From the NCBI RefSeq assembly GCF_036971445.1, contig NC_091477.1, positions 120,528,001-120,592,000 of the forward strand: a DNA stretch of 64,000 nt, written 5' to 3'. The position numbers and the translations under genes are program-made. Positions 47,030-60,159 of this stretch are shown here, piece by piece. Below the pieces are notes generated by a model. The model did no database searches and was not told where the DNA came from. It worked only from the letters and a program-made list of their open reading frames with translations. This stretch comes from Narcine bancroftii (lineage: Eukaryota). How positions within the stretch are numbered: the stretch's first letter is position 1; each line of letters opens with the position of its first letter.

Positions 47030-47700
47030 GTAAAAACACAGAATTGCTGGAGGAACTCAACAGTTCTCACGACGTTCATAAGAGGGAAAGATATCAAACC
47101 GGCGTTTCGCGTCTGAACCCTTCTACAACGCAAAAGGATCAGGCAGGCGCGTGAACTAAAAGGATGGGAAGGGTGGAATTGGCAGGGGGTGGAGTATAGA
47201 CCAACAGGAAAAAAAGGTTTTTATTGAATATGAATGGCGCACGGGAGAGAGAACGGTTGAGAATTGACTGTGGAGAGGGTTAATTTTGGCTCTCTGGACG
47301 CAGACTCGATGGGCGGAGTGGCCTGCTTCTGTTCTTTTATCTTGTGATCGTGTGATGATGTCCAGGTGTTCCGGGACTGAGTGTTCGGCCAAGGAAACGC
47401 CAACTAAAGTTGATCTGTCAAAGAGATTTGTGATGCAGTGAGTCCCGGATCGCCATTCATTCAGACTGGGGGATGATCTCCTCTCCTCCCCGAGAAGCCA
47501 ATAACCAGCTCTCTGATCTGAATGATATTGAGGGAGAGGTAGTTTCCTGCCACCAAGTTCCTCCATTCCACTTCTGTGATAGAGTCCTTGCTTACAAACA
47601 ACGATTTGTAAATTTGAAGATTAGTTGGATCTAATTTTGGCCACGCAATTGTGTGTACAGGGAGTACAGTAAAAGATTGCATGTGTATCCCCGTGGTGCT
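47030..47700 (-). mobile_element. Penelope-like 3' fragment
   Basis: Tail similar to 7966-8425 and 25830-25950 (gctggaggaactca, gaagggttcagacgcgaaacg) with degenerate endonuclease-region sequence. Confidence 0.55.
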
Positions 47701-49454
47701 CAAATTTGAAGGATAATCATGGAGGAGTGGTTGTTACCAATTCGACGAATTGCAGTCTGTGTGTGATAAATTATGGAGCCAAATGCAGAAAGGATTCTGA
47801 GACTAAAGTGTCATAAGTTGAGATTGTTTTGCCTTCATCTAATTGTGCTGAGAGCGAAGTCAATAAATACTTCCGGATGGCTGTCTGTAACAAGTCAATA
47901 AATACTTCCGGATGGCTGTCTGTAACAAGCAAGTTCTGCAGGGGTCAGTCTTGAGCCCGCTGTTGTTTACAAATTACATTAATGTAAATTACATCAATTT
48001 GGATTATGGAACTAATGGTTTTGTGGCCAGATTTGCAGATGACCCCAAGATAGGTGGCGGAGCAGGAAACGTTGAAGAAACCATAAAGTTGAAGAAGGAT
48101 ATTATCTGCATTCCTTTTGCATCTTCAGCAGGTATACGCTTTCAGAGTTCATCACTGAGTGGGACGAAAACTTCTCTTTCCAAGACCACAAAAAAACTGG
48201 ATAGGTTCATAAAGGTGTTTAAGACAGTCACACATTCTCTCCCCACCCCAATACACTCGATCTAAAACTACAGTTTCCCTCGAATAGCAACCAACATGTT
48301 GAAAGACTCGTCTCACGCCGACCACACCCTGGAAATAGAAATGTATTGGCACAACGCAGGAATGCAAGAAAATAATCTCAGCTCAAAACAAATCAAGGAG
48401 CAATTAGTACAAAAGTATAAGGAAGAAAATTAAACCCTTGAACAACCCGCAATTACTCTGGAAAAGACGTGATTTCGTAGTAAATGCTTTCGTCTTAATG
48501 TGTTTAGATTTGAGAAGGTTATAAACAAAGGATGGGAAGGGAATATGGGGAAATACTAGATGACTGGCCTCATATCGATTTCTTTGAAGGCTCTCAATAT
48601 TTTAAAGGGATACCCAACGCCAACTGACTATCAACACATCCGAATCTCTCAACATTTTCAAAATTCTCAGCTGGTTCATTCAGATTATCTGTATTCTTTT
48701 GAAGGCTCTACATCCTCATAACTCCTCATAATTTCCAAACGTCCTCAGATGATGTCATCAGCAAATATTAAAATGTTACATTACCATAGCCAAAATATCG
48801 ATGACGTGGATTGATCTCGTTCTATGTCCCACCACTGACCTCTGCTGGGACCCACTATTCACGGGACGTCCCAATGAAAGCAATTCCATCCAATCAAGAG
48901 TTTACCCGCGATTAACGTCTTAATTCCCTAAATAAAGAATGATCGATCAACAATATCCAATCTGATTTTCCGACGAGGTGGACACTTCGTGCTGCTATTG
49001 AAATGTGTAATCTGGACTAGTGAATTATTGCTTGCGTCTAGTAACGCTTACACCTGAAATAATATTTCATATAATCCATTTGTCGCCTTTATCCCTTCAT
49101 CATACTCTGTGTTGGACACATCCACAATCCAATCCTACTGTTTGCAGCAAGTTTTAAGATTCCGAATCGAGAGCATTTGTATTCACTTCATAAAAAAAAA
49201 TAAAGTACCGAAACACCATAAACGAATCCAGTCAATTTTTAATGAGCAATAATGACACACAACGACATACCATGGAGCAGACACTGAAGTGCAGCGAGTA
49301 AAGTGAACACAAAACATGGGAGAGGAGCATCAGGTTCCGAACAAGTGGAACGAGCTGAAAGGCTGTCTGTCCATTTCTCGACATGGATTCTGCCTGACCT
49401 ACTAACTATCTGCAGATTCGCTTCTTTTCTCAGTACTGCAGTGTGTTTCTTCGT

Positions 49455-52400
49455 TCACAACGAAGCTCCTTTGTCCATCATGTGTTTCCTCGTGTTATTC
49501 TGTGGTTTCAATAAGATAATGTAACATTTTGGTGCAAAGATACAGACCAACAAACCAAAGCTTGATGCCCAGATAGCAAACACTTCCACGGCCACCGTGT
49601 ACTTCCCTGGAGAGCTCACATAGGCTGGGATAAAAGTGATCCAAACCGCGCAGAAGATCAACATGCTGAAGGTGATGTACTTGGCGTCATTGAAGTTGTC
49701 TGGAAGTTTCCGGGCAAGGAAAGCGAGAACTAAACACACAATGGACAAAAGAGCAATATAGGCCGATACCAAGTAAAAGGCCGTTAATGACCCCACGTCG
49801 CATTCCAGAATAATGATGTCTCGATAATAGCTCATGTTTTTCAGGGGATGGGGAGGTGACACACTTAGCCAGACAACGCAAACTAAAGCCTGCAGAAATG
49901 TCAGGATACACACGCCCAGCCGTTGCTGAGTGGGTCCAAACCAGTTCATCACGCTCCTGTTGGGAAGAGTTGCTTTAAAGGCCACCACAACTAGAATGGT
50001 TTTGCCCAAAATGCAGGAAATGCAGAGAACGAAAACAACTCCGAAAACAGTGCGTCGCAACCTGCAAGACCAGTCGGAGGGTTCCCCAATGAAGCTGAGC
50101 GAGCAAATGAAGCAAAGCATGAGAGCGAAGAGAAGGAGGAAGCTGAGCTCGGAATTGTTCGCTTTCACCATGGGAGTTTCCCGGTAACGGTAGAAAATAG
50201 CAGCGGTGGCCAAGGTGAAGCAGACTCCCACTAGAGCGAGCGTCACCAACACAAACCCCAGAACTTCTCCAAAGGAAAGAAACTCAACCTTCTTGCGAAC
50301 ACATCGGGTTTTCTGTTGATTTGACCAGTATTCCGAGGGACATTTTATGCATTCTGTGGAATCTGAAAAAAATCCAATGTTATACACAAAAATATCAGTG
50401 AGCACAGAACTTAGAAATTCCAGAAACACTGTTTGAATGGGGGAACATTGAATTACAGAGTCTTCCAGAACGGAAACAGGCAATTTGGCGCACCATACGG
50501 CACAGTTAGCGTGGCGGTTAGGGCCACGTTATTACAGTGCCAGAGATGTCTCAAAGGATCTTGTATGCTTCACACCTGTCTGCTTGGTTTTCCTCCATCT
50601 GTTAGTTTCCTTCCAAGCGTCTGGAATGTTGGAGTTTCTAGCTTAATTGCTCTCTTTGTGGATGGGGCCCTGTCACACCTGTCTGCTTGGTTTTCCTCCA
50701 TCCGTTAGTTTCCTTCCAAGCGTTCTGGGATGTTGGAGTTTCTAGCTTAATTGCTCTCTTTGTGGATGGGGCCCTGTTACACCTGTCTGCTTGGTTTTCC
50801 TCCATCCGTTAGTTTCCTTCCAAGCGTTCTGGGATGTTGGAGTTTCTAGCTTAATTGCTCTCTTTGTGGATGGGGCCCTGTCTCGTTTATGGAAGGGACT
50901 GTTTCCTAAAAGTAAAAGGAAAAAGGTATGTCCATGCCCGTTGATATCTCTGAACTCACCTGTGATGTTGCTAATCTCACCATCGGCGCATTCTGCACAG
51001 TCAAAACAACAAATTGGTTGCTCTTTCCGGCTCATTTGTCTTGTTCCAGGAAGACAGGGTTCTGAGCACATTGCTTGTGGGATCTAAAGCAAAAGATACC
51101 AAATATATGCATGTAATAGTTTTTATATTATAATGCGCTGTTTAATTTGGCCCGGATTCCTCCGAATACACTTCTTACCACATCATTCCAAAATCGGCAA
51201 GTAGTTTTTAAAAAAAAAATTCACATCAAGGCTGTGCAAGACATACATCACGCATACAACTCGATACCTGGCCCTTCTGACCCACGGGCCCTTGACATTT
51301 AAATAACCCAATTAACTTACATCACCCCGTCCATTTTGACAGGGTGCGAGGTAACCGGAGCACTCGGGTCAAACCCACATGGACACGGGGAAGAAGGATA
51401 GACCGTGATGTCATTTCCTTGCGATACCCGCTGCACTCACCGTGCCGCTCCATGCTCTTTGATTGCAATCTATATCATTTCACATGGTCATAGAGCCGAA
51501 ACCGGGACCAGACCACGCAAACAACTGTTATCCATTCACTTCTGTCCTATATTTTTCTCCCCAATTTCCAATCAACGCCCCCTACCCAATTCGCCCAAAC
51601 AAATAGAGAAAATCGGCATTCTAAACTCCAAAGAATAAAGCCACAAACTATTGACAGTATCCTTCCACACATGAAACTGGAGCAGCCAGCCATCGGCAAT
51701 GAATGTTTGCATCTACAATGCTACCTTAATCGTAAGCATAATTGTATCTTCTATTTGGCCGGTGTAAATCAACGGTAAAGGGGCATACCTTATTTCCAGT
51801 CGTGCTCCACAAAATATCCCAAACATTCATCGTAAGTTCACGCCCTGGCGGAGCTGAACCATCGTAATAGCCAATATTCACAATGTCAATTGTACCCTCC
51901 GAATTAGTCTGCAAGTTCACCAATTCGTATCTTGGCACAGGATCGCCATTTTCATCAAAATGTACGATTTCTCCAGTCTTCGCTGTGAAATTAACGAGGC
52001 GTAGGTAGTGGAGCAGCTGGGGAAGAATAAAGCAATGCCTTTGGCATTATGCACCGAGGTACAGAAGTTCAACTTCACTGTTCACACGAATCATTGAAAT
52101 GTTCTGAAGGATCATTTCCATCTGAAGGAACATGTAGATACTGGAACCGCACCAGGAATATAATGGATATATGTCTAAGGTTAGGTCGGGGACTAATATA
52201 TTTGTCCTGTTTCACTCGATATCATCACTGAATGTGTTTAATGCCTCTACCAATTACTTGCCCTCATCATCTACGCCGGCACTTCGTTGCAAAGGTGCGG
52301 GAGTTCTGACCTTGTCGGATGTGCAGCCTGTTAGATGTAGCACATCAAAACCCCAATAAAAACAGACAACAGGTATTAATCCCTTGGAGCCCTATTGTAC

Positions 52401-55400
52401 AGAGAGCAGGAATGTTCTACCAGTGATGCTCTCAACATTTATCCTTCCCCATTCTCACTGCTTGATTATCTGCACACGAATCACACAATAATCGGAGAAG
52501 TTTTTATCTCTGAAAATTAGCTGACCTTTTCTCCACACTTAATAAATTGATATGTTAAACTTTTGAACCCATACTCAGAAACAATATTTTTGATGATCAT
52601 GTAGAAAATAATTGCCAAAATATTATGGGGGGGGGAGGGTTGCTGAGGAAATGCTTGAGAATAAATATGTAACAACATAAATTTCTATCACAGCTCCACG
52701 AGGTGTGTGCATGAAAAAGAGAAACAAATATTTAAGTACCTGCCACGGCTCAAAATTTGAAATCTGTGCACATGTGTTATTCACAAAGGGCCCATTGCCT
52801 TCTTCACAGGTTAACAGGTCATGGAGCGCATGAGCGATAGCGTAGACCGCTTTATACACATGGTAAGAACTTCCGTCCATTATCTCGGGAAGGTAGGAGT
52901 TTTCTAGCCCTTCCATTTGTTCCTTCCCTGTGCATCGGCGAAGATGATCTGGAAAATTGCTTATACTTATCATGTTTTCAGTGGTAAAGTAACAGTTGAA
53001 CAAATTTTCCCAGAACTCTGTCACTAAATCTTTGCCAAGAAAGTTGGAAGGATGGACATTATGAAGAAAATCTCTGAGTTCAGCGATTTCTGTCCTGTGG
53101 ACTGCTGGACCGATGGTTCCTGCGAGATAAATTGCACTTACTTCAGGTGGCAGAAGATTTCTTGTAATCCATCCTTCACTTCCAATCCACTGGATGCCCG
53201 TTACATTTTGACGCCAAATTTCGTCCAACAAAATGCGCATATAACCGCTTGGAACAAAGGCCACCACCACTTTTGTGGACGCCTGTTTTATTACACGGAC
53301 AATTTTGCTGATTTTCTCCATTGGATCGGTCGTGTGAAATGATTCCGAGTAGGCGATACAAACCCCAAATTTTTCCACGTGCTCCACAAATCCCTGCATT
53401 CCAAAATTACCATAATCGTTGTTACTTCTTATAGTTCCGACCCAAGTCCAACCGAACGTTCTCACCAGTTCAGCGAGGACTTTCGACTGGTGCTTGTCAC
53501 TGGGTATAGTTCTAAAAAATGTCGGGTATTCCTGCTTGTTGCTCAGACAGGAGCAAGTGGAAAAGTAACTAACCTGCAGGGAAAGTGATAAATATGTGAA
53601 TACCTCCTCATGTTTGCACTGGCGGTGACTGATGTGGCTTGACTTTCAATCTGACTCATTTGATATTATTACACACCGGTGGTATTTGCATAAGATATAT
53701 AACCGGAAGTTCGAAATTTTTGAAAACTCTTAGCAAATTACTTATTTATTACAACAAAGGTCATAGTTAAAATTTCCACAGTTCTTTGAACATTTTCTGG
53801 TGGTTTCAACTAGTATACTTTTCGAAGCTCTAAATGTGTTTTTATGGTGGCGCTCTGTGCGCCGCCACCTTATTATATTTTTAATTTTTTAAAGGCATAT
53901 GCCCGATGTTCACTAACTTCTTTCTTGCCTAGTATTTATGGCTCTGTTCGTAATAATGTCGGAACTAGTCCAAAATTGTTATTACAATACCTAAGTCAAA
54001 TATTTGAATATTACCAGCGGGATTCCAAAGGATCCGATTGTCCGTGCGGTTACGATGGAGTTTGTGGATATATCACAGCCAACGATGGCAGCGACATTCG
54101 AAGAAGTTCTACATTCCGGGTATTCGATCAATTCTTCTTCTCCGTTGATCAAAGTGAGCGCAGCTTTCGAGGCAATCGCGGAGGACGAACAGTCATCGTG
54201 GATTTTATACCCGAGAGTGATCCCGGGGAGTAGATATTCATCCTGGTTTATTTCTTCAATGGCAAAAATCATAGTTTGTGTGAATCGGAAGCCTGCATAA
54301 TCAAATCTGTACATGAGTGCAAGAGCAGAAATAAAACTGTTCAAATTAATCATTCGATTTAATATCACATTAGCTGTTTAAACGTGCAATTTATTTATTT
54401 ATTATTATTATTATAGGATAAGCAGGAAAAAACGCATAAACGTTAGATGCTGCTGTAGATAATATCATCCCTCTCAGATATGACATCTGCGATACTCAAA
54501 TGTTCTCTGGAATGTATACAAGTACTGTACCCAAGAATGCAGGCAGCTTCAGAGAGTGGAGGGCGCCTAGAATGTATTGCACGACCTGGTACATTAAGGA
54601 CAGTTAAAAGACCACTAGGATGGCTACATGGATGTCAGAAGAAAATTAAGGGTTGTGGAGTGATGTGGGGAAGGATTGGATTGTTGTGCAATAGGTCTTC
54701 ATAGGTCGGCACAACATCCTTGGCAGAAGGGCCTGTACTGTGCCGTAATGCCGCAATTTGTCAACAGAGCGTATAAGAACGTGATAAGAACATCAACTAT
54801 TTCCACTTCATAAAGAATGTGCAGACTTTCGGGTTATGTTCGGTATCAGTAGATATCTGCTGCCATGGCAACAGGATCGGAATGTTTTCTGTGTTTCGCT
54901 AGAATATCTGGACTGAAAATCCACATCAATCCTTCATCCTTTACTGCGTCTATGTAATGGAGTAAGAATTTAGATCTATTATAGAGTTCAAACTAATGGA
55001 AGCATTCTTGCTTGCCTTCGTTCTGCAGTTATATCTTGAAATGGTACAATGGCAATAAAGTTTCCGAATAACAACAAATATATTTTAATATAATATATAC
55101 AATTTTAATTTGAGGTAAATTCTAAATTCTTGATATTATTATTCTGTCGCTCGGTACCAATGTACAAAGGTAACAGTATGCAACGTCATCAGGCAATCGT
55201 TCATTCTGTCTTCAAAGATGAATTCAATGGCTTTCACCAATTCTACATTAGAGCAAACAATGCGGTTTACAAGAAGTGGTCTCACCTTCTGCACCTGGTT
55301 CTTTTCGGAGTAGAAGCAAATGAATGGAAGTTGTGAACCGCATCTAAATGCACAGTAAATATTCCACCAAGGATGATATCACCATCCTTCTCCAAATCAG

Positions 55401-55488
55401 ACACACTGACATTTGCTCGTCGCTTACAAACGATTCCTTGAGTTTCCCACGTTGTGGCCAGCAACAGGAGAACCAGAAATCGAGACAT
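49455..55488 (-). CDS. V2R/OlfC receptor gene C, intact, 862 aa
   Basis: Exons 55488-55286, 54306-54015, 53573-52740, 52016-51789, 51083-50960, 50362-49455 (203/292/834/228/124/908 nt), GT-AG, open throughout; same motifs as gene A. Confidence 0.96.
50490..50890 (+). mobile_element. V-SINE remnant with internal 3 x ~104-bp tandem amplification in gene C intron 5
   Basis: tRNA-like head ggcacagttagcgtggcggttag; near-identical units start at 50572, 50675 and 50779. Confidence 0.8.
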
Positions 55489-55543
55489 TGCTCTATTACA
55501 GAAGACCTGTCATTGTTTTTATATAGAAAATGGAAGAACTCGT

Positions 55544-55550
55544 ATTTATA
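55544..55550 (-). promoter_or_regulatory. TATA box (TATAAAT) of gene C
   Basis: About 60 bp upstream of the ATG within a block conserved in genes A and B. Confidence 0.55.
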
Positions 55551-56767
55551 TTGTGCCTGTCGAGATCTGAGGGTCTCCCAGTGCGATTTGGAACCACAGC
55601 AGCCGCTGTAATGTCGTAATTCTCCAATCATAACATGCTATATGCGGGATGTGTGAGTTGATGCTCTTACATCCAGCTCAGCATGAGATTATGTCACTGG
55701 CAATAAACATTACATCTATATTTTCGGTCTGTTTACAACTAAGAAATAAGAAAAAGCCCCAGAGAGCATGAAGACACCATCCCTCTAACGATAGCCACCA
55801 GATATGTAATTTACTCACAGCCTCCATTCCTTCTAATTTCAAGTCAAATTACGCATCAAATAATACATGAAGAAAATAACAGTGAAAAATAAAAAATTTT
55901 TAAAAAAAGAAAATAACTCAATTTTACATTTCATTAATAGGTTTAAGATGGGATTGATAATATTTAAGAGGAACGTGTGCCCAATTTTCACTCAGATTGT
56001 AATCCGTATTGGTATCGATCTGACAGATGAAACTGTCGAAACGGACGCAAAGTTCTATTAGATATGAACAAATTTACGTGTGTGAGGGACTTGAATGGAA
56101 ATAGACCCAATGCAGGCACATTGGACCAGCCCAGAATTCCAACCTGCTCGGCGTGGACAAAGCACCTCTTTTATGCTGTATGATTCAGAGATTCGATGTG
56201 TTTGAACAATGGAAATATTGAACAATGTACCTGCCCACAACGTTGACACTCATTCGGCATTTAAGTCAAGCCAACGTTTTGCTTGTCTTCATAATTGTTA
56301 TCATGAGATGGTTTGAGAGGTCGATCACAGATCACTAACTAGCCATTCATGACCAACTCCATCACATACTTCCGAAATAGATCAACTCCTTTTTCCGGCC
56401 CTACACTCAGACCTGAAACCACTGGTCAACACTGAACCGAAGCTAGCCAACTATTTATTTTACTAGCACCACAATATCAAACCAACAAATCCCCAATCTC
56501 TGCTAATTTAGCCTCAGTGTCCACTCTGCAATTGGGTGCAGAAATTACTATCCACAGGGATCGGTGACATCTCTTCCACATGATCATCTTCAACATCGGT
56601 GGTCCACGTGGCTGCACATTCAGTCCTCTAATGTAATGTTGTGCACAAAACTATGTGGACCTACTTAGGCCCAACTCTATTTTAAATGCGCGGAATATTA
56701 TTGTCAGCAGGGTCTCTAACAAAGAAGCAGAATACAGGTAGAGGATCATGAGGCTCAGTGCTAGAAA

Positions 56768-57777
56768 ATATACACTTTGAGAACAGGGAAATGTATAATC
56801 GTACTGAGAGAAAATAGGGTCCCGTTCTGCATTGATCTAGAAATGTGGCAAAAGATTCACAAGGATGTTACAAAAAGTGAAGGGATATGCTTGGATTATC
56901 TTTCATTCAGGGTAAGAAGCTGAAAAGTGATAATCGAGAGGCATAAAAATCACACGAGGATTTGTTACCAAAGAGAGGATGATCGATTACTGAGGAGTAT
57001 AGAAATCACTCCCAAATCTGCATGAATGGAGCTGCGATGGATATAATAGCTTCAAATTCCTTGGGATAATCATCTCCATGTACATGTCCTGGTCCACCCA
57101 AGTAAATGCAATAGGCACGAAAACGCACCAGCACCTGTACTTGTTTCTTCGATATCATGTATAATCTACCACAGTGCATTTTGCTGCACAATTCCCATTC
57201 TTCGGCAATATATTTAACATCTAAAAATTCATCAACATCTGTTTTCTTTGGTCAACCAGTTTCAAATGTTTATAGCGTGGAAATGCCATCTAAACCAATT
57301 TCTCGTCAACCACATTTGCTATCTAATCAAGTCCTATTTGTCTGTGTTTGGTCCAAATCTGCTGAGTCTTCCGCATCCATGTACCTGCCTAAATGTTTAT
57401 TAATAGCGCAAATATACCCACGTCTGCTACGTTCTCCATCACTTCTTCCCTGTGTGGGACTATTGAAACAACTTGCCCTTCAGATCCGTTTAAAATATTA
57501 CCTGCCTCATTCGAAACCTATGCACTCCAGCTTTAAAATTCTCCGACCTTCAGATGTAGATTTTGACTATTTAGATTAGCAAGGTCCTCGTGTGATTTTT
57601 ATACCTCTCGATGATCACTTTTCAGCTTCTTATCCTGAATGAAAGATAATCCAAGCATATCCCTTCACTTTTTGTAACATCCTTGTGAATCTTTTGCCAC
57701 ATTTCTAGATCAATGTAGAACGGAACCCTATTTTCTCTCAGTACGATTATATATTTCCCTGTTCTCAAAGTGTATAT
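56768..57777. repeat. 193-bp near-perfect inverted repeat (56768-56960 / 57585-57777)
   Basis: Arms are reverse complements with about 6 mismatches; spacer ~624 bp. Confidence 0.92.
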
Positions 57778-58289
57778 ATCAGCAGGATTGTTGGACCCAA
57801 CAGCTCAGGACCATCTATCATGCCTATTAACACTAGTCCTAAGAGATACCAATTTTATTTTCCCCAAATTCCCATAATATACTTCAAGGTGCCTTCATGT
57901 AAGTGGCCACTTAACCTAGAAACGCCTGTATCTTTGTAATGTTTGAGATAACTGAAAATTCCCCGTGAAATTCAGCACCCGCACGGGTCACATGTAATGT
58001 CAACACACAAGAGGTCGATCTGGGGATCGAAACTGCGTCACTGGAGCTTTGAGCAAGCGGATGTACCCGCAACATTATCATATTGTCTACGTGAGTAGGG
58101 GGGGGGGTTACTCCGTATTTATTTAAAATGAGGAAAAGAATGCCAACCGAATGGTGTTTTTGCATAGCCAAACATACGAACGTTTCGTCGGAGACTGCAT
58201 TTGCATTGCATTTGCATGAAAAGCCGGCAAGTCAGAGGCTCAAAATCTTATATTTGTGTCCAATTGGGGGCAATGTTTGTTAGAGCTTT

Positions 58290-59650
58290 TAGCGAGGGTT
58301 TAAACTATTTTGGCAGGATTGCGAACCAGAATGTGATGCAGAGGGAGAAAGAGGGTGATGTGATATTTTGATGTTTGAAAGGAAGAACAGGCAGGCGATG
58401 TACCATAAATATTGTCAGTTGGGATGTTTGAAATGTGTTAAATTCAATGAGATGAACATTAAGAATAAAGGAGATAAATTTAGAGCATGGATTTGTACAT
58501 GGAATTAAGAAGTAATACCCATTACAGAGATATAGCTGGTGGAAGAACAGGATTAGATGATGCAGGTACCTGGGCTTTGGTGTCATAAAGGAAGTGGATG
58601 GGAGGAAGGATAGGTGGGAGTAGAATTACTTGTCATGGATGGTATGATGACTGTAGAAAGAGAGGATGCTCTAGATGGACTGCCTACTGAGTCAGTATGG
58701 GAGGATGGTAAGGAATCACTATACTAGGAGTAGTCTATAGGGCCCAGGTAGCCTTTGGGAAACTGGGGAACAGATAAATAAGCAGATTTTCGAATGGTGC
58801 AGAAATTATTGGGTTGTTATTATGGGCGACTTCAACTTTAGAAATATTGACTGGCATCCTCAGAAATTAGGAAGGGTAGATGGAGCAGAATTTGTCAGAT
58901 TACTAGCACTTGGTAACGTGACAGACCTCTTGGCCAGGGAGCATTTTGGTGTTAGTGACCACAACGCCCTGAGTTATGGACAAGGATAGAAGGAGAAAAT
59001 GGTAAAGTGTTCAACTGGGTAAGGGAATATTAAGATGAGACGAATCAGGAACGAGGGAGAGTAAATTGGGAACAGTTGTAAACGGTTGAAAGCACAGAGG
59101 TAACATGAAAGGTGTTGATAATCGTCATTTCTATGTTGAGTCTCCAGTTGTTACTCTCGCACCATATCAGGAGATTTTCCACCTCTTCTCTGCGGTGCGT
59201 CTGGTTGTTGCTGACGAGGCCAAACAAAGTATGGTGACACTGTTGAAGAGAGATTTGGCAATGCAGTCGTGAGTTAGTGACGTGAACAGGGGTGTGCCAT
59301 TGCTCAAGATGGGTGCTTGAGGTTCTGCACTGACCCGGACACACTGTGGTCTTTCTGTTTTGATGTCCAGAATCGAGTAACAGAGAGGGATATTGAGTCC
59401 CAGCCAGGACAGCTTCTCAACAACCTCTGGGTAATTATCCTATCTGTCACAGAGTCGATGACCAGCAGCGTGATGTATGAGGCGTCTTTCTCCAGTTTGG
59501 TCGGGATAGAGTGAAGGTACATCTTTCCTTATAATTGCGAACATTCCTCAGTTTGTCATCAACAAATCTGGAATGGTTAAATTCGCAGAACCAAAAATGG
59601 TTGATGTCTATTGAGTTCCAGCAATATGCAATCACTGATGCGTGCTGTAA
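58290..59650. mobile_element. Degraded CR1 endonuclease fragment (+, ~58290-59100) and Rex/Babar-like RT fragment (-, ~59110-59650)
   Basis: VVIMGDFNFRNIDW endonuclease motif; REEVENLLIWCESNNWRLNI RT motif on the minus strand. Confidence 0.65.
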
Positions 59651-60159
59651 CATTATGAGAACAAGAGCAACCCATCAAGAATTTTCCATGATTCCCTTGA
59701 ATAATTGATCAATTAATGACGGATCCACGCCAAGATCTGAACTAAGTGTGAGATTGGTGTTGCACATTTTGCGCTTTTATGTAAACCTGAAATTCTGTCT
59801 GGTGGAGGGAAGTATTAGTTTCATCCAGGAATGCATTTACATGAAGTTATCTTCAAAGTAAATCGTTGATCGTCTGCAGCTCTTCCTTCATTCTGTGTTG
59901 AGTCTAAGCACAGTTCATTGTCTACTATTCGCAGTACGTTTTAATATTTAGGACTGAACAAATTTGTAAATGTATAATAGCAAGGACGGTCATACACATG
60001 GAAAATGGTAAACATAGAAAGAAGCCGGCGGAGCATCTGGTCTCCAAAGCTATCACCACCTGAAACGTTGTCAGTCCATTTCTCAGAATTTTTGCTGCCT
60101 GACCCTTTGAATGCCGCCAACTCCTTTTTATTCACTCAAAGTTCCGAGTGTTTCATCAG

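Noticed and set aside
47858-47930. 35-bp perfect direct duplication (agtcaataaatacttccggatggctgtctgtaaca x2)
   Set aside because: Local slippage at the edge of a CR1 fragment; no functional context
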